Assembly (NCBI GenBank): GCA_001600695.1
Contig: BCKQ01000003.1
Coordinates: 57,413-121,412 of the forward strand
Length of the DNA: 64,000 bases
Direction: 5' to 3'
DNA from: Ascoidea asiatica JCM 7603
Lineage: Eukaryota; Fungi; Ascomycota
In this document: positions 14,027 to 25,928 of the stretch, one piece after another
How the letters are laid out: each line of letters starts with the position of its first letter
How positions within the stretch are numbered: position 1 is the stretch's first letter
Notes under the pieces: model-generated
The model's input: only the letters and a program-made list of their open reading frames with translations
Database searches by the model: none
Told to the model about the DNA's origin: nothing
Program-made: the position numbers and the translations under genes

Positions 14027-15822
14027 TTAGCTTACAGATATGATGATGCAACTGCAAATAAATTAACGCCAAATGCTTCTGCGAGTATATTCTTAGGATA
14101 TGCTATGTCTAATAATATTAGTTATTTTTAATAAACTCGTAAAATATCTAGAGTTGCAAGTTTTAAAACTTTTGCAAAGAATTATCCATTTAATACTTTA
14201 CAATCTTCATCATTATCTTTGTCAATTAATGGGTATTGTACAGCTGATTTATTTGAATCACATGACACAGATTATTTTAATCCACCTTATGCTCCAAGTA
14301 TTGATCATTCTCAAACTTCTAATTCTACTTCAACAAATGTTTACAACTATTCTCTCAGTGCTCCGGTATCTTTAATTCAATCTAAAAGACCCACATAGGA
14401 TACTTACGGTGAACCTGTAAAGGCTTCCAGGTTTAAATTGGTTTTAATTCCACTTAATGGTAAATCTGATGTTCCTAAATATCCAGATTATGCGTGGAAA
14501 ATTGAAAAATAGAAAGAAGCAATGTTAAACAAAATCAAACAGTTTTAGATCAAATGATTCCGTCAAGAAATATAATTCTTTGAATCTTAGTAAAGATGAT
14601 ACAATTTTAGACACTGGTTGGCTTTTTATCAAGAAACCTTTTGGTCCTAAAACTAGATTAATTACTAAAGGTTAGGACCAGGATATTAAACCTGAAAGTA
14701 CCTATGTTAGTTCCACTAATCAAACAATGTTCAGGTTTTTTCTTGGTTTAAATTATAAAAACAGATATTTTGCTCAAATAAAGTTCAAAACAGCTAATCT
14801 TCAAAGTTCTATTCATGGTAAATTTATTATGTGAACTCCACTCCATTTTCTTTACAATACTAGTTATCTTAGTTTAAGCAAATCTGTTTATGGTTTAAAA
14901 ACAAGTCCTTCATCATGGATGATTGCTTTAGTTTCTTACCTTAAGTCAATTCAAATGGAAAAAATTAATTCCCATGGTTAGTTTAAATCTAATAAATTAC
15001 ATGTCGTTGTCTATGTTATTAATCTTCTAATTTCTTATGAAGATCCAAATGATTTTCAATATTTAATCAACTGCTGGAATAAAAATTTTAACTCTCGCCA
15101 TAAATTAATTGAAGAATCAGCCAGTACTTTGATCTTAAGTATGCATTTATCTTGAAATAATTCAGGTATTTCAAGTTCTCCTTTAACTTATTTATCTAAA
15201 GATAAAGATAAATATGACTTAATGATCGACACTTCCCGAAACTTATATCTAAGTAGAAAGATGATTATCTTCCCTGAATTCAACCATTAATTTATTTAGG
15301 GAATACGTCTTTCCTGAATTGATTGGTCATATTAAAATGGTATCTCAATGTATTACCAGTGTTAGTCAATACAATTTAAAAACCATTACAAATGTCCTAG
15401 GTTTATCATTTTCAGAAAGAAATCTCATTGAATATTTCAGATAAAGCTTGGTTTGATACTACATAGCTATATGATTTAACAAGTATTAATAACAATTTCC
15501 GAAAGGTTACCACACATAAGACCACTATTCAATGTGCTTCTGATTCGTCATGGTGTACATTTTTTTATTCCAGATATTAAACAGTTTTTTTACTTATGTT
15601 AATTGTTGCTTGGTTGCATGGTCTTCTAAAAAGATTAGCTCTGTTTGCCTTTTTTTAGTAAAACCTCAATTTTATGCACTTGTCAATTCTGCAAACCCCA
15701 TCAATATTTATTAAGTATATGCCAGTTGAATTATGTTGAAGCGTGATTGTCCATTATGTTCACATAATCTTACCGCTAGGTCAATCTAATTGAACAATTC
15801 CAAAACAAAAACAGTCAAACAA

Positions 15823-15823
15823 A

Positions 15824-15854
<31 letters not shown>

Positions 15855-15871
15855 GCATATATATATATATA
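15823..15871. repeat. (TA)n microsatellite
   Basis: Interrupted TA run. Confidence 0.9.
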
Positions 15872-16094
15872 CACATTATGCACACTCCTTATGAGTAAAA
15901 AATAAACCATTTTTGTATCATCTGGGTTTTGCAAGTAAAGCTGGTTTTCTTAAATACTATGCTGGGATTCACCAACGTTCGGGACGTTCTCAAAACTGTT
16001 ATAAGAATTTGTAATTACGCCAGTATGTTAGAATTAACTAGCATGATTGTTGTTTCGAACAATATGTTATATATCTGCTAATAAGTTGTGGTAC

Positions 16095-17144
16095 TGTTAG
16101 AATCTTAAAATTGTTGTGAATTTTCATTCACTTTACAAAAAATATATAAATTTTACGCACTTACAAACTATGTATTAACCAATTAACTCGTGCTAATCGA
16201 TGATCTAAAAAAATAACTAAATAAATTATATAAAAAATAAGAGGAAATCGATTGCTTTAATATTACTTCAGGATTCCTACGGGGTCCCGCACGACTATCG
16301 AGGATTCTCGGGAATTCCCAAAAAAAGTCCCAGGATTCCTTAGTAGAATCAGGGAGGGAATCAAGTTTACCTTGTAAAAAGGGTTGAAAACCTGATTAGA
16401 AATCAGTTGAGATTCATATTTCAATTTAGCAAGGTAAAATCAATCAGCCCACTTTCCAGTGGGGTATAAAATCGCACTAATTGCGGGTAATAATCTTTAA
16501 TCCCGAAGCCGTACTCGGAATAGATCCCTTCCGGGATTATCTCCACTAGTCTCCTGTTTACTCCAAGACAATTCGGTATACGCAGTAGGAATTATACCTT
16601 ACCTCACATGAAACTAGGCTAGCCAGTCCAGCCTTCCAGAAGGCGTCCCTTCCCGGATCCGATTGGCCTTTCGGATTTAACTTCTACGCGGATATACGCT
16701 AAATCCCAACTCCTCTTTAAATCTCCTCGTACAGAGTGGCTTAGTATTAATATGCTCTTAAAGGTTGTCCCAGGATGGCTGGTACCAACCTGAAGGTGTT
16801 TTCTACTTTGTGCGCTATACCTAACGTAAGCACACATGACCTATGCCATGTGAGTAGAATATCACATGATATCCGACTATCGGTGTACAGGGACGCAGAC
16901 TCGTGGAAAGGTCAAGTGAATTGAAGTATTCTTCATGCAACTTAATGCAGCTTTATACAACAATATGTATATTTATGCCTAATCATGCATCTCTATTCAG
17001 AATTATACCTAGTGTACACACATTATCCTATAATACATAACTCTTTCTCGTTTACTATAGATACGTGTCTTTTTGACCTTAACCACCTATGGTATTAGTA
17101 CGAATATATGCCCTAGCACATATAGATCTCTATTATTTCCAACA
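16095..17144. mobile_element. ~1.05-kb LTR-like unit
   Basis: Termini TGTTAGAA...TTCCAACA (7/8 inverted match); same TGTTAGAATC start as the LTR at 11102; GC-richer core with GGATTC repeats; no TSD. Confidence 0.45.
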
Positions 17145-18539
17145 AGAATAGCACCGGGGAATGCTGTAACAAATTCTTGAATAAATGTATGTAGCAAAGC
17201 TTGTGTATAATTTATTTATTGATTACTAGCAAATGGTATCTCTAAAATTTTAATTCATGTCCTTCCTCCTTTTCATAAAAACAGTTATATAAGTATATAG
17301 AAATTGAGTCGTATTTAAATAAAATAATTGTAAAGAGTATTGTAAATTAGTAAAAGGGACAATAGAGTAATGATTACTCATAATTACTAATAATTAATGA
17401 CAGTTAGTAATTGATAAATACGTATTTTACTGGAAAGTAAATAAGAATTTATTTCATTTTCTCAGAAAATTGTGTAATGTATTTGGTATCCTGAATAAGG
17501 TAATTCCAGCTAAATTAAACAGCCGGAATTGAGAGAAAAAAAAGGGAAATTTGACAAAATAAAAAGAATTTTGACAAGGGCGGATGGGAACATTGAGGTC
17601 CAAAACTGACTTTTCAGAGAATAATAGAGATTGTTGACAGACCGGGCTTGCCGGACCTCTAACGTATTCAAGTATCTATAGGTCTCATACTCAGCGATAC
17701 TATACCGTGTGTATGATTAGTTATAGTTAGAATCTACATTCTGAAATCCTACAGTTTGAGCTTAGATGCCAGACTTGTTGCATTATTTGCAACAGTAGAC
17801 GGAGGGATGCTGTTAGCTCTATAAGCCTCCGTTCTAAAATTGCATATATGTACAACCAGTTACCTGCTGTCCTAACAATAGATTATATGAGGTTGTACTC
17901 ATCTTTTTCTTTTCAACTGTTATAGTACCCAAGAAGTTGCGGGAGGCTTCTGAATTGGCTGTACAGATCAAGATATTGAAAACGATGATGATTCTTAACT
18001 ATATGAAATATAATTTCGAATCCCCTAAAGTAAGTAACAAATATTAAAAAATAAAAGTAAAATGTGTATTTGAGACGTAGATTAGAAAGTAAAAGCTATG
18101 TAGTAATTTTTTCTATAAAATCTTCGCTAAGAAAAAAAAGAAAAACTTGATATTTTTCTAAAAAATAATTTTAAGCTATTTATGGTAAATAAAAAGATTG
18201 AAAAGACAGCGAGGATAAGATAAAAATTTGAAAAACTGAAATGTGTGTATCTAAATAACGACATATAATTTTTTTTTAAAAAATAAAATTGCATCTTCTT
18301 TCGAAAGTAAAAAAATTATTTGAAAAAAAAAATATTGAAACATTTGCGGAACTGCATTTTCGGTTAGTCAAAAAATATTTAAGGCAAAAAATTCAACTTG
18401 TAATTGCTTAATTAAATTTTTGAATATATATATTAAAGCTGAAGTAATTTTCTTTGTATGTTGTAATATTATATTAAAGCTTCTGGATTAGATCGACATT
18501 GATTCGTTGTTTGAAGTCAAAAAAAAAACAGTTTTATAT

Positions 18540-19150
18540 TTGACGCAAAATCCCTTTAGAGGGTACAAATCGCTTTTGAACGTCATAATGTTTTATTTCA
18601 ACAGCATTTTCTATACCACAAAGATGCTTTTTGAATGCCCTATAATCAGACTGGAACATTTATCCTACTTAGTGATAAATCCTGTTCAATCGTACAATCA
18701 GATAATAAACAGGTATTATTTAAAAAGGTTGTTTAGCTTGCCATTTGGTTGTTCCCCAATAACTAGAATCACCACTTTGCTGTGAATCTTGAAAGTTTGG
18801 TAAATGATAAAAGAGTTTAACATATTAGCTATACAAGGATTCGCTGTCAATGCTAGAGTATTGACTTGCATGACAGTATCGGACATAGTGGGTGTTGTTT
18901 GTACTAACCGGTATTTAGTTGAATTAGTTGAGCTCGATGTCTTAGATGAGTTAGATGAGTGAGATGATTTTGATGATTTTGATGCATTAGAGTAATTATT
19001 TGTGGTCGTGGAGTTAGTTCGCTGAATGGAAATAGGTTAAGCTTTTGGGGCTGGTTGAATTAGCTTAATTAGGTGGTTTAGTCGAATTGACTTTATAGTT
19101 GAGTGCGTTGAGTTTGGTAAGTTTGTTGTGTTAGTTTAGTTGCGTGCGTT
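18540..19150 (-). pseudogene. Possible decayed coding sequence (Ser/Thr/Asn-rich stalk plus unidentified domain)
   Basis: Triplet-periodic minus strand: ..TNSTTTNNYSNASKSSKSSHSSNSSKTSSSTNSTK.., then after a frameshift YHLPNFQDSQQSGDSSYWGTTKWQAKQPF* with further stops. Confidence 0.3.
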
Positions 19151-19587
19151 AATTACGTGAGTCAATTGTTTTAACAATTATTGAATGATATTAATTTCTT
19201 TGATGGTTTTAATTGATTTTTGAATTAATGATTTTATTTAAATTGTTTCCTTTAATTTGTCTTATTGTTTTGTGAAACTTTTGCAGTGGATGCATATCTG
19301 GTACATTTGAATTCTATTGTTATAGAAATTGAATCATGGGATGTTTTGTGTTTTTGGGGTTGGAAAAGGTCTGAAAGATCAGGTTAGAGGTTATTTATTA
19401 ATCACGCATAAACAAGAGTCAAATGGTTTTAGTATGAAACTTAAACCTGGAGCAGATTCTGCTACAACGGCAAAAACAAATTTACTGTAAGCTTGGGAAT
19501 AGACAATTATTTACTTAATACATGTTTTTCAATTACGATAAGTACAGCTTTAACTTTTTTCCATTTTATTTAATATTTTTCTTTTTC

Positions 19588-19790
19588 TGTCATCTTCACC
19601 AAATATTGATAAGATTAGTATATTTTTAAAAGTCCAATTACTCTAGTCTTACTATTGCGAATTGATTATTTATTCGAATTAACGTTAATGGTAATAATTT
19701 AGGGGCTACTGATTTATATAAATGGGACAACACCTACAAACTGATTGGTAATGACACATAATGCGGATTGACCTATTACTGTTCCTTACA
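19588..19790 (-). mobile_element. Diverged gypsy-family solo LTR
   Basis: 19655-19790 aligns clearly with 4545-4680 (cgaattg..gaattaac..atttatataaatgg..attggt.atgacacataat.cgg.ttg..tgttc.ttaca). TG...CA ends; flanks ttttc/ttttt resemble a TSD. Confidence 0.75.
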
Positions 19791-21062
19791 TTTTTTCAAG
19801 AATTTAGGACGCCGTTCAAGTGCAAGCGTAACTGACAGACATTTAGGGCTCCAGTTATAAAAAACAATGCAAAATTGCCCTGGTGGTGAAGGTTGGTCCA
19901 TTTATTTCTCCTTAAAATGTCCGTTGCCAACTGTCCCTTCAGTAAATTCGTGGCTCACAACTCCTGGTTCAGGACGGTACCTGATGTGAGTTTCGAGTGC
20001 TCACATAAATACCAAAAAGGGTACCTTAAGGATGTTTTTTGTTCATCTTTCTTTAACGTTTGGTAACCTTTCTTATTAAAAGAAAATTAAATATTGAAAC
20101 CAATTTTGTAAGAAAATTTAACTTGTTGTATCCAGAAAAATTGGTTTAAAAAAGTTCCTGCGATTTCTTTCTGCTGGAAACAAATAAATCTCGTTATTAC
20201 TGTTAGGCTACTACACTTTCTTCAATTATCTGTTTGCTGTTACAAACTTGTTTTTCATTCAAATACTCATCTCAAACCAAGAGCTTCTTTAATATTTCTC
20301 ACTAGAGTTTGAAATAAGGATCATCAAAATTTATCTGTGGCTAAAAAGACTCAAACTTTTACTTTATTTTTTATAAACGTTCAAAAACATAGTACTTAGC
20401 AGAAAAGGATTTGTTTTAAGCTCATATGTTAATAAAATATTTCCACTCAACGAATAAGTCATCCTTTCATACTTTCTCTCTTCAGGATAATTTTGATATC
20501 TCAATTATTACTTTCCTACTATTAATTTTTTTTTTTTTTTGTCGAATTTATCAAAAGAAAAATAGTGAAGAAATACCAGAGATTTTTGTTTCTTAATATT
20601 TATAATAATCTTTTAAAAAAAAAAAAAGGCTCATCTAGCTTCTTAATCCTTAAAAAAGAGAATTGATCATCAAAATAATTATCAGTTTTTCATTTTTATA
20701 AACTTTCTGACTGTTATTTCGATTTATGAAGTACTTCTAAAATAAAGATAGCAAAATAGCATTAATGTGTTATAATTTATAAATTTTAAATAACTGCAAA
20801 TTGAATCTAAATTAGTTAAAGTCAAAGTCAAAGTCAAAGTAAAAGTAAAAATAAAAATCAAAATCAAATCAAATCAAATCAAATCTAATCAAACCTATTC
20901 AAAAATAATTTAATCTAATAAAGTTGAAACAAATTAACTTAATTTAATCAAAGGCAATTTGAATTAATTCATATCAAGCTTTCTTAAGACAAAATTATTA
21001 TCCGTCTCCTTGATTAGTCATTTTCATTTATTTATATATATATATCAAATTCATCTTCAAGA

Positions 21063-21745
21063 ATGGTACTTCAATTATCAACTGTTGCAAATTTAACAAA
21101 AAGAAAACGTAAGGATAAAAGGGTATTTCAATGTTCAGGTTATGGTGAATGTCAAATGGCATTTACCAGAGCTGAACATTTAGCAAGGCATATAAGAAAG
21201 CATACCGGTGAAAAACCATTTCAATGCCCAGACTGCTTAAAAATGTTTTCAAGAATTGATAATTTAAAACAGCATAGAATTGCAATTCATTATAAACAAT
21301 CTGATGATGGTAATTCTTCTTCTGATTCTCAATCTCAGTCTGATCAGCTCAATAATTTAAATGATAAGGATGATCAATTTATAAAATGTGATAATAATAT
21401 TGTGACAAAAAGAATTGAATTTGAAAATAATAACAGTATAACTAGAAGCATCAATATTCAAAGTAAACCTAATCTTGAAAAAAACAAAAATTCTATCGTT
21501 TCTGAGAAGTTTACTGGGAACTATATTTCAACTCAAGATCCACCTTCTTTCATTTATGGCATCAATGAGACTCAGCAAAATTATGATTCAAATGATAATA
21601 ATAAAAATAGTAATAATCTAACAGGAAAAATTTATAGTCAAAATGTTAGTTCCCAAAGTGTTCAATTACCTTCATTAAGAACAAACTTGTTACAAAGTAA
21701 TGGCGTTTTATGTATTAATAATAATGCTAATACTACTACTACTAC

Positions 21746-21794
<49 letters not shown>

Positions 21795-22925
21795 CCCAGC
21801 AACTTCACAGGCGTTTTCCAAAATATGCCATCAATAACCCCTACCCACCAATATGCTCCTATTCTTCTACACCCTCCTCTTCAACAAACTAATTCAGATG
21901 CTGAAGATTACTTTTCGAATAGAATATTACAATTCAGACCTCAAAAAGAAAAAAGAAGACCTGCACCGTTAAATCTCTCGTCTTCTGATATTAACAATCA
22001 ACCTTGCTTAAATCAAAATTCTATAACGTCTCAAAATCTTACTCAAATCAATTACATAAATCCTATTTCTCCATTGGATTCCATATCGTCTTCCACCTTG
22101 AATTCTCCCCAATATGATAGTCCAACATTTTCATTCAATTCAAAAGTTTTACGAAATTCTCGTTCTTATAATTTATTACGTCCAGAGATCAGTTCTGCCT
22201 CTTCGAATACTAGTTGCTTCAATTTTGAAAATAGAAACTCATTATTGCCAAGCCCGGTTAATTCAGAATTTGATTCCCATAGGCAATCACCTAACAGTCC
22301 CACTTTTTTCGATAATTTTAATGCAAGACTCATACCCCCTCCAATGCTGAACTTCAGATTTGCAGCATCTGAGTCATCTTTAGTTTTTCCAAATTCATCT
22401 ACTAATCAAAATCCAATTAAAAGTCAATTTCAACATCAGTTTGAACAGCCTGGCAACTTCAATAGTGATTTAAGTAATAATCCTACTATTGGGTCTGATA
22501 TAGACTCATATGCTTCTACAATTCCTGCAAAACGACATATACCATATTTTACTCCAATGGATTCTAAATCTAGACGATCTGATTCATCCCCATTGCCTAG
22601 TCCATTACCAAGCATTCAAGTTAAAAATTTAGGCTCTCCAATAGACAAAAATGGAAATTCTTTAAAGCCGATGTATTCCAATCAAACGAATGCTTTCAAT
22701 AGCTCGAAGGAATACAATTTATTGTCTCCTTCAGATTTGAGCTTTAATTGGCAGAGATATCCAAACCTTAGTGTATCAAATACATCAGTGTCTTCAGTAG
22801 AAAAAACTACTAATAAAACTCTTTTTAATTCCAAAAATCAAAGTGCAGACTCCAGCTCAAACAAAACTTCAATCAATTTCTTATTGAACACCGATGATTC
22901 AAATCCTCAAAGTAATGGTAATTAA
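21063..22925 (+). CDS. USV1: C2H2 zinc-finger transcription factor, Usv1/Rgm1 (Nsf1; Candida Bcr1-related) family
   Basis: N-terminal [50 protein letters not shown]; low-complexity tail with poly-Asn and SINFLLN motif. Confidence 0.88.
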
Positions 22926-23163
22926 ATAATATTTTTAAGGTCTCTGATATGCTTGTGATTATTATAATGGTAATTTTCTAGTCTCTGTATAATATGATCT
23001 GGAGGTTTTTTTACCTTGGTTAGTTTAAATTATATTTTTGTTTTTATATATTTATATCGGTATCTTTTTTGGCAACATTTTTTCATTCATTTCTCTTTTT
23101 CTTATTTAATTTGTTGGTTTCATTTCATAATTTTTGGTTTTGTTTTTATGATAAACTCTTACG

Positions 23164-23263
23164 ATATTTTATATTTTATATTTTATATTTTATATTTTAT
23201 ATTTTATATTTTATATTTTATATTTTATATTTTATATTTTATATTTTATATTTTATATTTTAT
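23164..23263. repeat. (ATATTTT)n heptamer repeat, ~14 units
   Basis: Directly visible; it creates the spurious FYILYFI ORFs. Confidence 0.95.
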
Positions 23264-23784
23264 GGAGTTTTTTTGTTTGATATCTCATCTCATTCTTCTT
23301 TCTTTTGTTTCTTTTCTATTTTATTTTATATCTCTAACTTTATTTCAGTTCTTTTACATGAAAAGTAAATGTGGCTATTTTGATATATTCCAAAGTATCT
23401 TTACATCCTTGACTATTCCTTGTTTTTTTAAATTGGTGAGATTTGAATAAAATTTTTATATTAGTTCCCATTGAATTTAGTTATTTATAATTTAAGGTAA
23501 TGTTTTTTTTGTTTTTTTCGTTACTTTGAATTACATTAAAAGAATAGAAAGTTTACTCCTTTTAATCTGTTACAAGGGTTTCTTGTTTCAAATAAGGCTA
23601 ATGTCCAAGCATTAGGTTTTGATAAAAAAAATAATTGCTTCAGTTTGTGTATTTGTTTTTTTCAAGTAAGAAGATTATTTCAAAAATGAAACAAGAATTT
23701 CTATTTAAAGATTATAAGTTAATAAACATAGTTATAATTCGAAGCTGAAAGAAATGTAATCAAAAAAACTATTGAGCTTTGCGA

Positions 23785-23907
23785 TTATTTTCCACCACAT
23801 GTTTTACAAGAGCCAGAAGCAGCAGTCTTTCCAGCTTCACCACCACCTAAAGCTTTAACAGTTTGGCAATAGCCACAACCACATTTTCCTGAACAACTAC
23901 AATGCAT
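23785..23907 (-). CDS. 40-aa metallothionein-like protein
   Basis: First ATG at 23907: MHCSCSGKCGCGYCQTVKALGGGEAGKTAASGSCKTCGGK. Seven Cys in CxC/CxxC motifs, preferred-type codons, TATATAAG ~170 bp upstream. Confidence 0.75.
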   Translation of the reverse strand: MHCSCSGKCGCGYCQTVKALGGGEAGKTAASGSCKTCGGK

Positions 23908-24737
23908 TGATATATATTTCAGACAATAATTTGAGATAAAGAATACTAAATGGAAAAGAGTAGCCAAAAGTTTTAAAATCAGAAGTAGATTAGAATTGTT
24001 ACCGACAATTTAAATTACAATTTACAATTAAATTATCAAATTTCTCTAGAAAAAAAAGAGGGATAAAGTTATTCTTATATACAGCTTTGAACATCCTTTC
24101 AAAAGTATATAAATTTAAATCCTGATAAATAAAAAAAAATTTGCTTTGTCATTGAATAGCTCCCAATGAAACACCTTTAATTTCTAAGACAACATGACTC
24201 GGAATCAAAAAGAATTTTTTATTTTCAAGTACTCATTCGTTAAGATTTGTTAGTTGCCAAAAGGACAGTGAATTTTGAAAATATTATGAAAAAGAAAGTA
24301 GCTTAGAATAAAAATCATGAAGTCATCACTATATTTTTAATTGCTCAATCGATTTATGAATCAGTCTTCCTTAAGAAAATGATTCAATTTCTGATATTAT
24401 TTCAACCAAGTCTATTTTCTGAGAATTTTGCTTTCCTTACCACTATTTTACTTACTGATTGGGGTGTGGTTTTGTGGAAAAAAAGCAGTTTTTCTTCACA
24501 AAAAAAAGAGTTTGTATAGCGGCAAAGACCCTACTCAAAAGCTAGAGACGCTAATAAAAGAAGAACACAAGGAAAAGCATTGAAGGTTCTAATATATATT
24601 TTAATCGCAACAATGTTTCAATTCAGGCTCAAAAATTATTGAAAAAGGTCAAAATTATTTTTTAATATAGTATTAGATATTCCAAAAGGTCGCATTCAAT
24701 TCTTTTGAGTTTTACGTCAAAGTTTTACTAGAAATAA

Positions 24738-25928
24738 ATGAAAAGTTTTTGTTTACTCTTAACATATTATTTCTTTCAAGTTTTATCAATAACAAATTAT
24801 TCAAGTAATATATACAACCAATTAAGAGAAGTTGCAAACTTTACATCAGTTTCAGAATGTATCATTAGTCATTATCAATCATCATTAATTTTGAATCCAA
24901 ATAAGTTTGAGTGTCCATTAGAATTTTGTAAAGATAATGAAGAGAAAATTGGTACAATTGAAATTTTTGGACCTGGTGATGATATATATCTTAGAGGAAT
25001 CTCGGGATCAGGATATGTTGCATTAGATTATATTGGTAAAAGAATTGTAATTGTTTTTAGAGGAACTATATCTATTGGTGATGTAATTTCTGATATGTAT
25101 GCTGTTCGTGTTCCTTATAAACCTTTAACCTATAAAAGCAATTTCAAAAATGGTATTGTTAAACGGGTAGATAAGAAGAGATATGGTTTAACTAAATATA
25201 TTACTTACAGTAAATTTGAAAGTAATAAAATATTCGAGAATATTAATAAGTTTAGTTTTTTAAAGTTCCGTCAAGATGAAAATGGTTGTAAGAATTGCAA
25301 AGTTCATAAAGGGTTTTATTTTGGCTTAAAAGCATTTTTCAAGAGCCTAATTCCATTAATTCAAAAACTAAAAAAGGACTATCCAGATTATTCAATTTTA
25401 GTTTCTGGATATTCATTAGGAGCAGCATTTGCAAACTTAGTAGGAATTGAACTTCAATTAATGGGATATGAGCCACTAATTATAACTATTGGTGGGCCTA
25501 AAGTTGGAAATATAAATTTTAATCAATGGAGCGATAAGATTTTTAACTCAATTGAATTAAACAACAAAATTTTAAATGAGACTATTACTGAATTAACTAA
25601 AGGCTATTGGAGAGTTGTATCAAAGAATGATTTCATACCATTGATTCCTCCGAGCAAATTTTACTCGCATAGTGGATTAGAATTTTCAATAGAACAATCA
25701 AATATTTTACCACAAAGACAATTTGATACAAAATATACAGGATTATATGATCATGAAAGTTTTCTTTCAAAAATTGATATTACTAAGCTAATTAATAAAG
25801 CTGATATTTTGCATATTGGTATTCATACAAAATACTTTTTCGTCCAAACAACTTGTGTTCCATTAAGTATTGGAATTAAAGAATTTTACAGGCAAAAACT
25901 ACAAAGTCTTAAAACTTTCATGATCTGA
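24738..25928 (+). CDS. Secreted class-3 (fungal) triacylglycerol lipase, Lih1/YlLip2-like
   Basis: Signal peptide; IVIVFRGT; C..CKVHKGF; VSGYSLGAA nucleophile elbow; GGPKVGN; NDFIPLIPP; HTKYF. Confidence 0.9.
   Translation: MKSFCLLLTYYFFQVLSITNYSSNIYNQLREVANFTSVSECIISHYQSSLILNPNKFECPLEFCKDNEEKIGTIEIFGPGDDIYLRGISGSGYVALDYIGKRIVIVFRGTISIGDVISDMYAVRVPYKPLTYKSNFKNGIVKRVDKKRYGLTKYITYSKFESNKIFENINKFSFLKFRQDENGCKNCKVHKGFYFGLKAFFKSLIPLIQKLKKDYPDYSILVSGYSLGAAFANLVGIELQLMGYEPLIITIGGPKVGNINFNQWSDKIFNSIELNNKILNETITELTKGYWRVVSKNDFIPLIPPSKFYSHSGLEFSIEQSNILPQRQFDTKYTGLYDHESFLSKIDITKLINKADILHIGIHTKYFFVQTTCVPLSIGIKEFYRQKLQSLKTFMI

Larger units (their letters stand above)
11102..16000 (+). mobile_element. Degenerate Ty1/copia retrotransposon inserted at the gypsy 5' LTR
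   Basis: Gag from ATG 11988; protease HFVIDSGSSPHVTNN; integrase H...CSTC and EHLWVDLIGP..LITIDDKSKY; RT GWLFIKKP..KTRLITKG, LSKSVYGLK, VVYVIN; RNase H CASDSSW, VAWSSKK. Candidate 5' LTR TGTT(11102)...AACA(11557) followed by TTTGGTCACC. No matching 3' LTR recognised. Confidence 0.88.

Noticed and set aside
18355-18480. CDEIII-like TTTGACTAACCGAAA (minus strand) beside AT-rich DNA
   Set aside because: Spacing deviates from the consensus and there is no CDEI at the expected distance
23016-23450. Hydrophobic ORFs with FYILYFI repeats
   Set aside because: Artefacts of the ATATTTT repeat in the USV1 3' region
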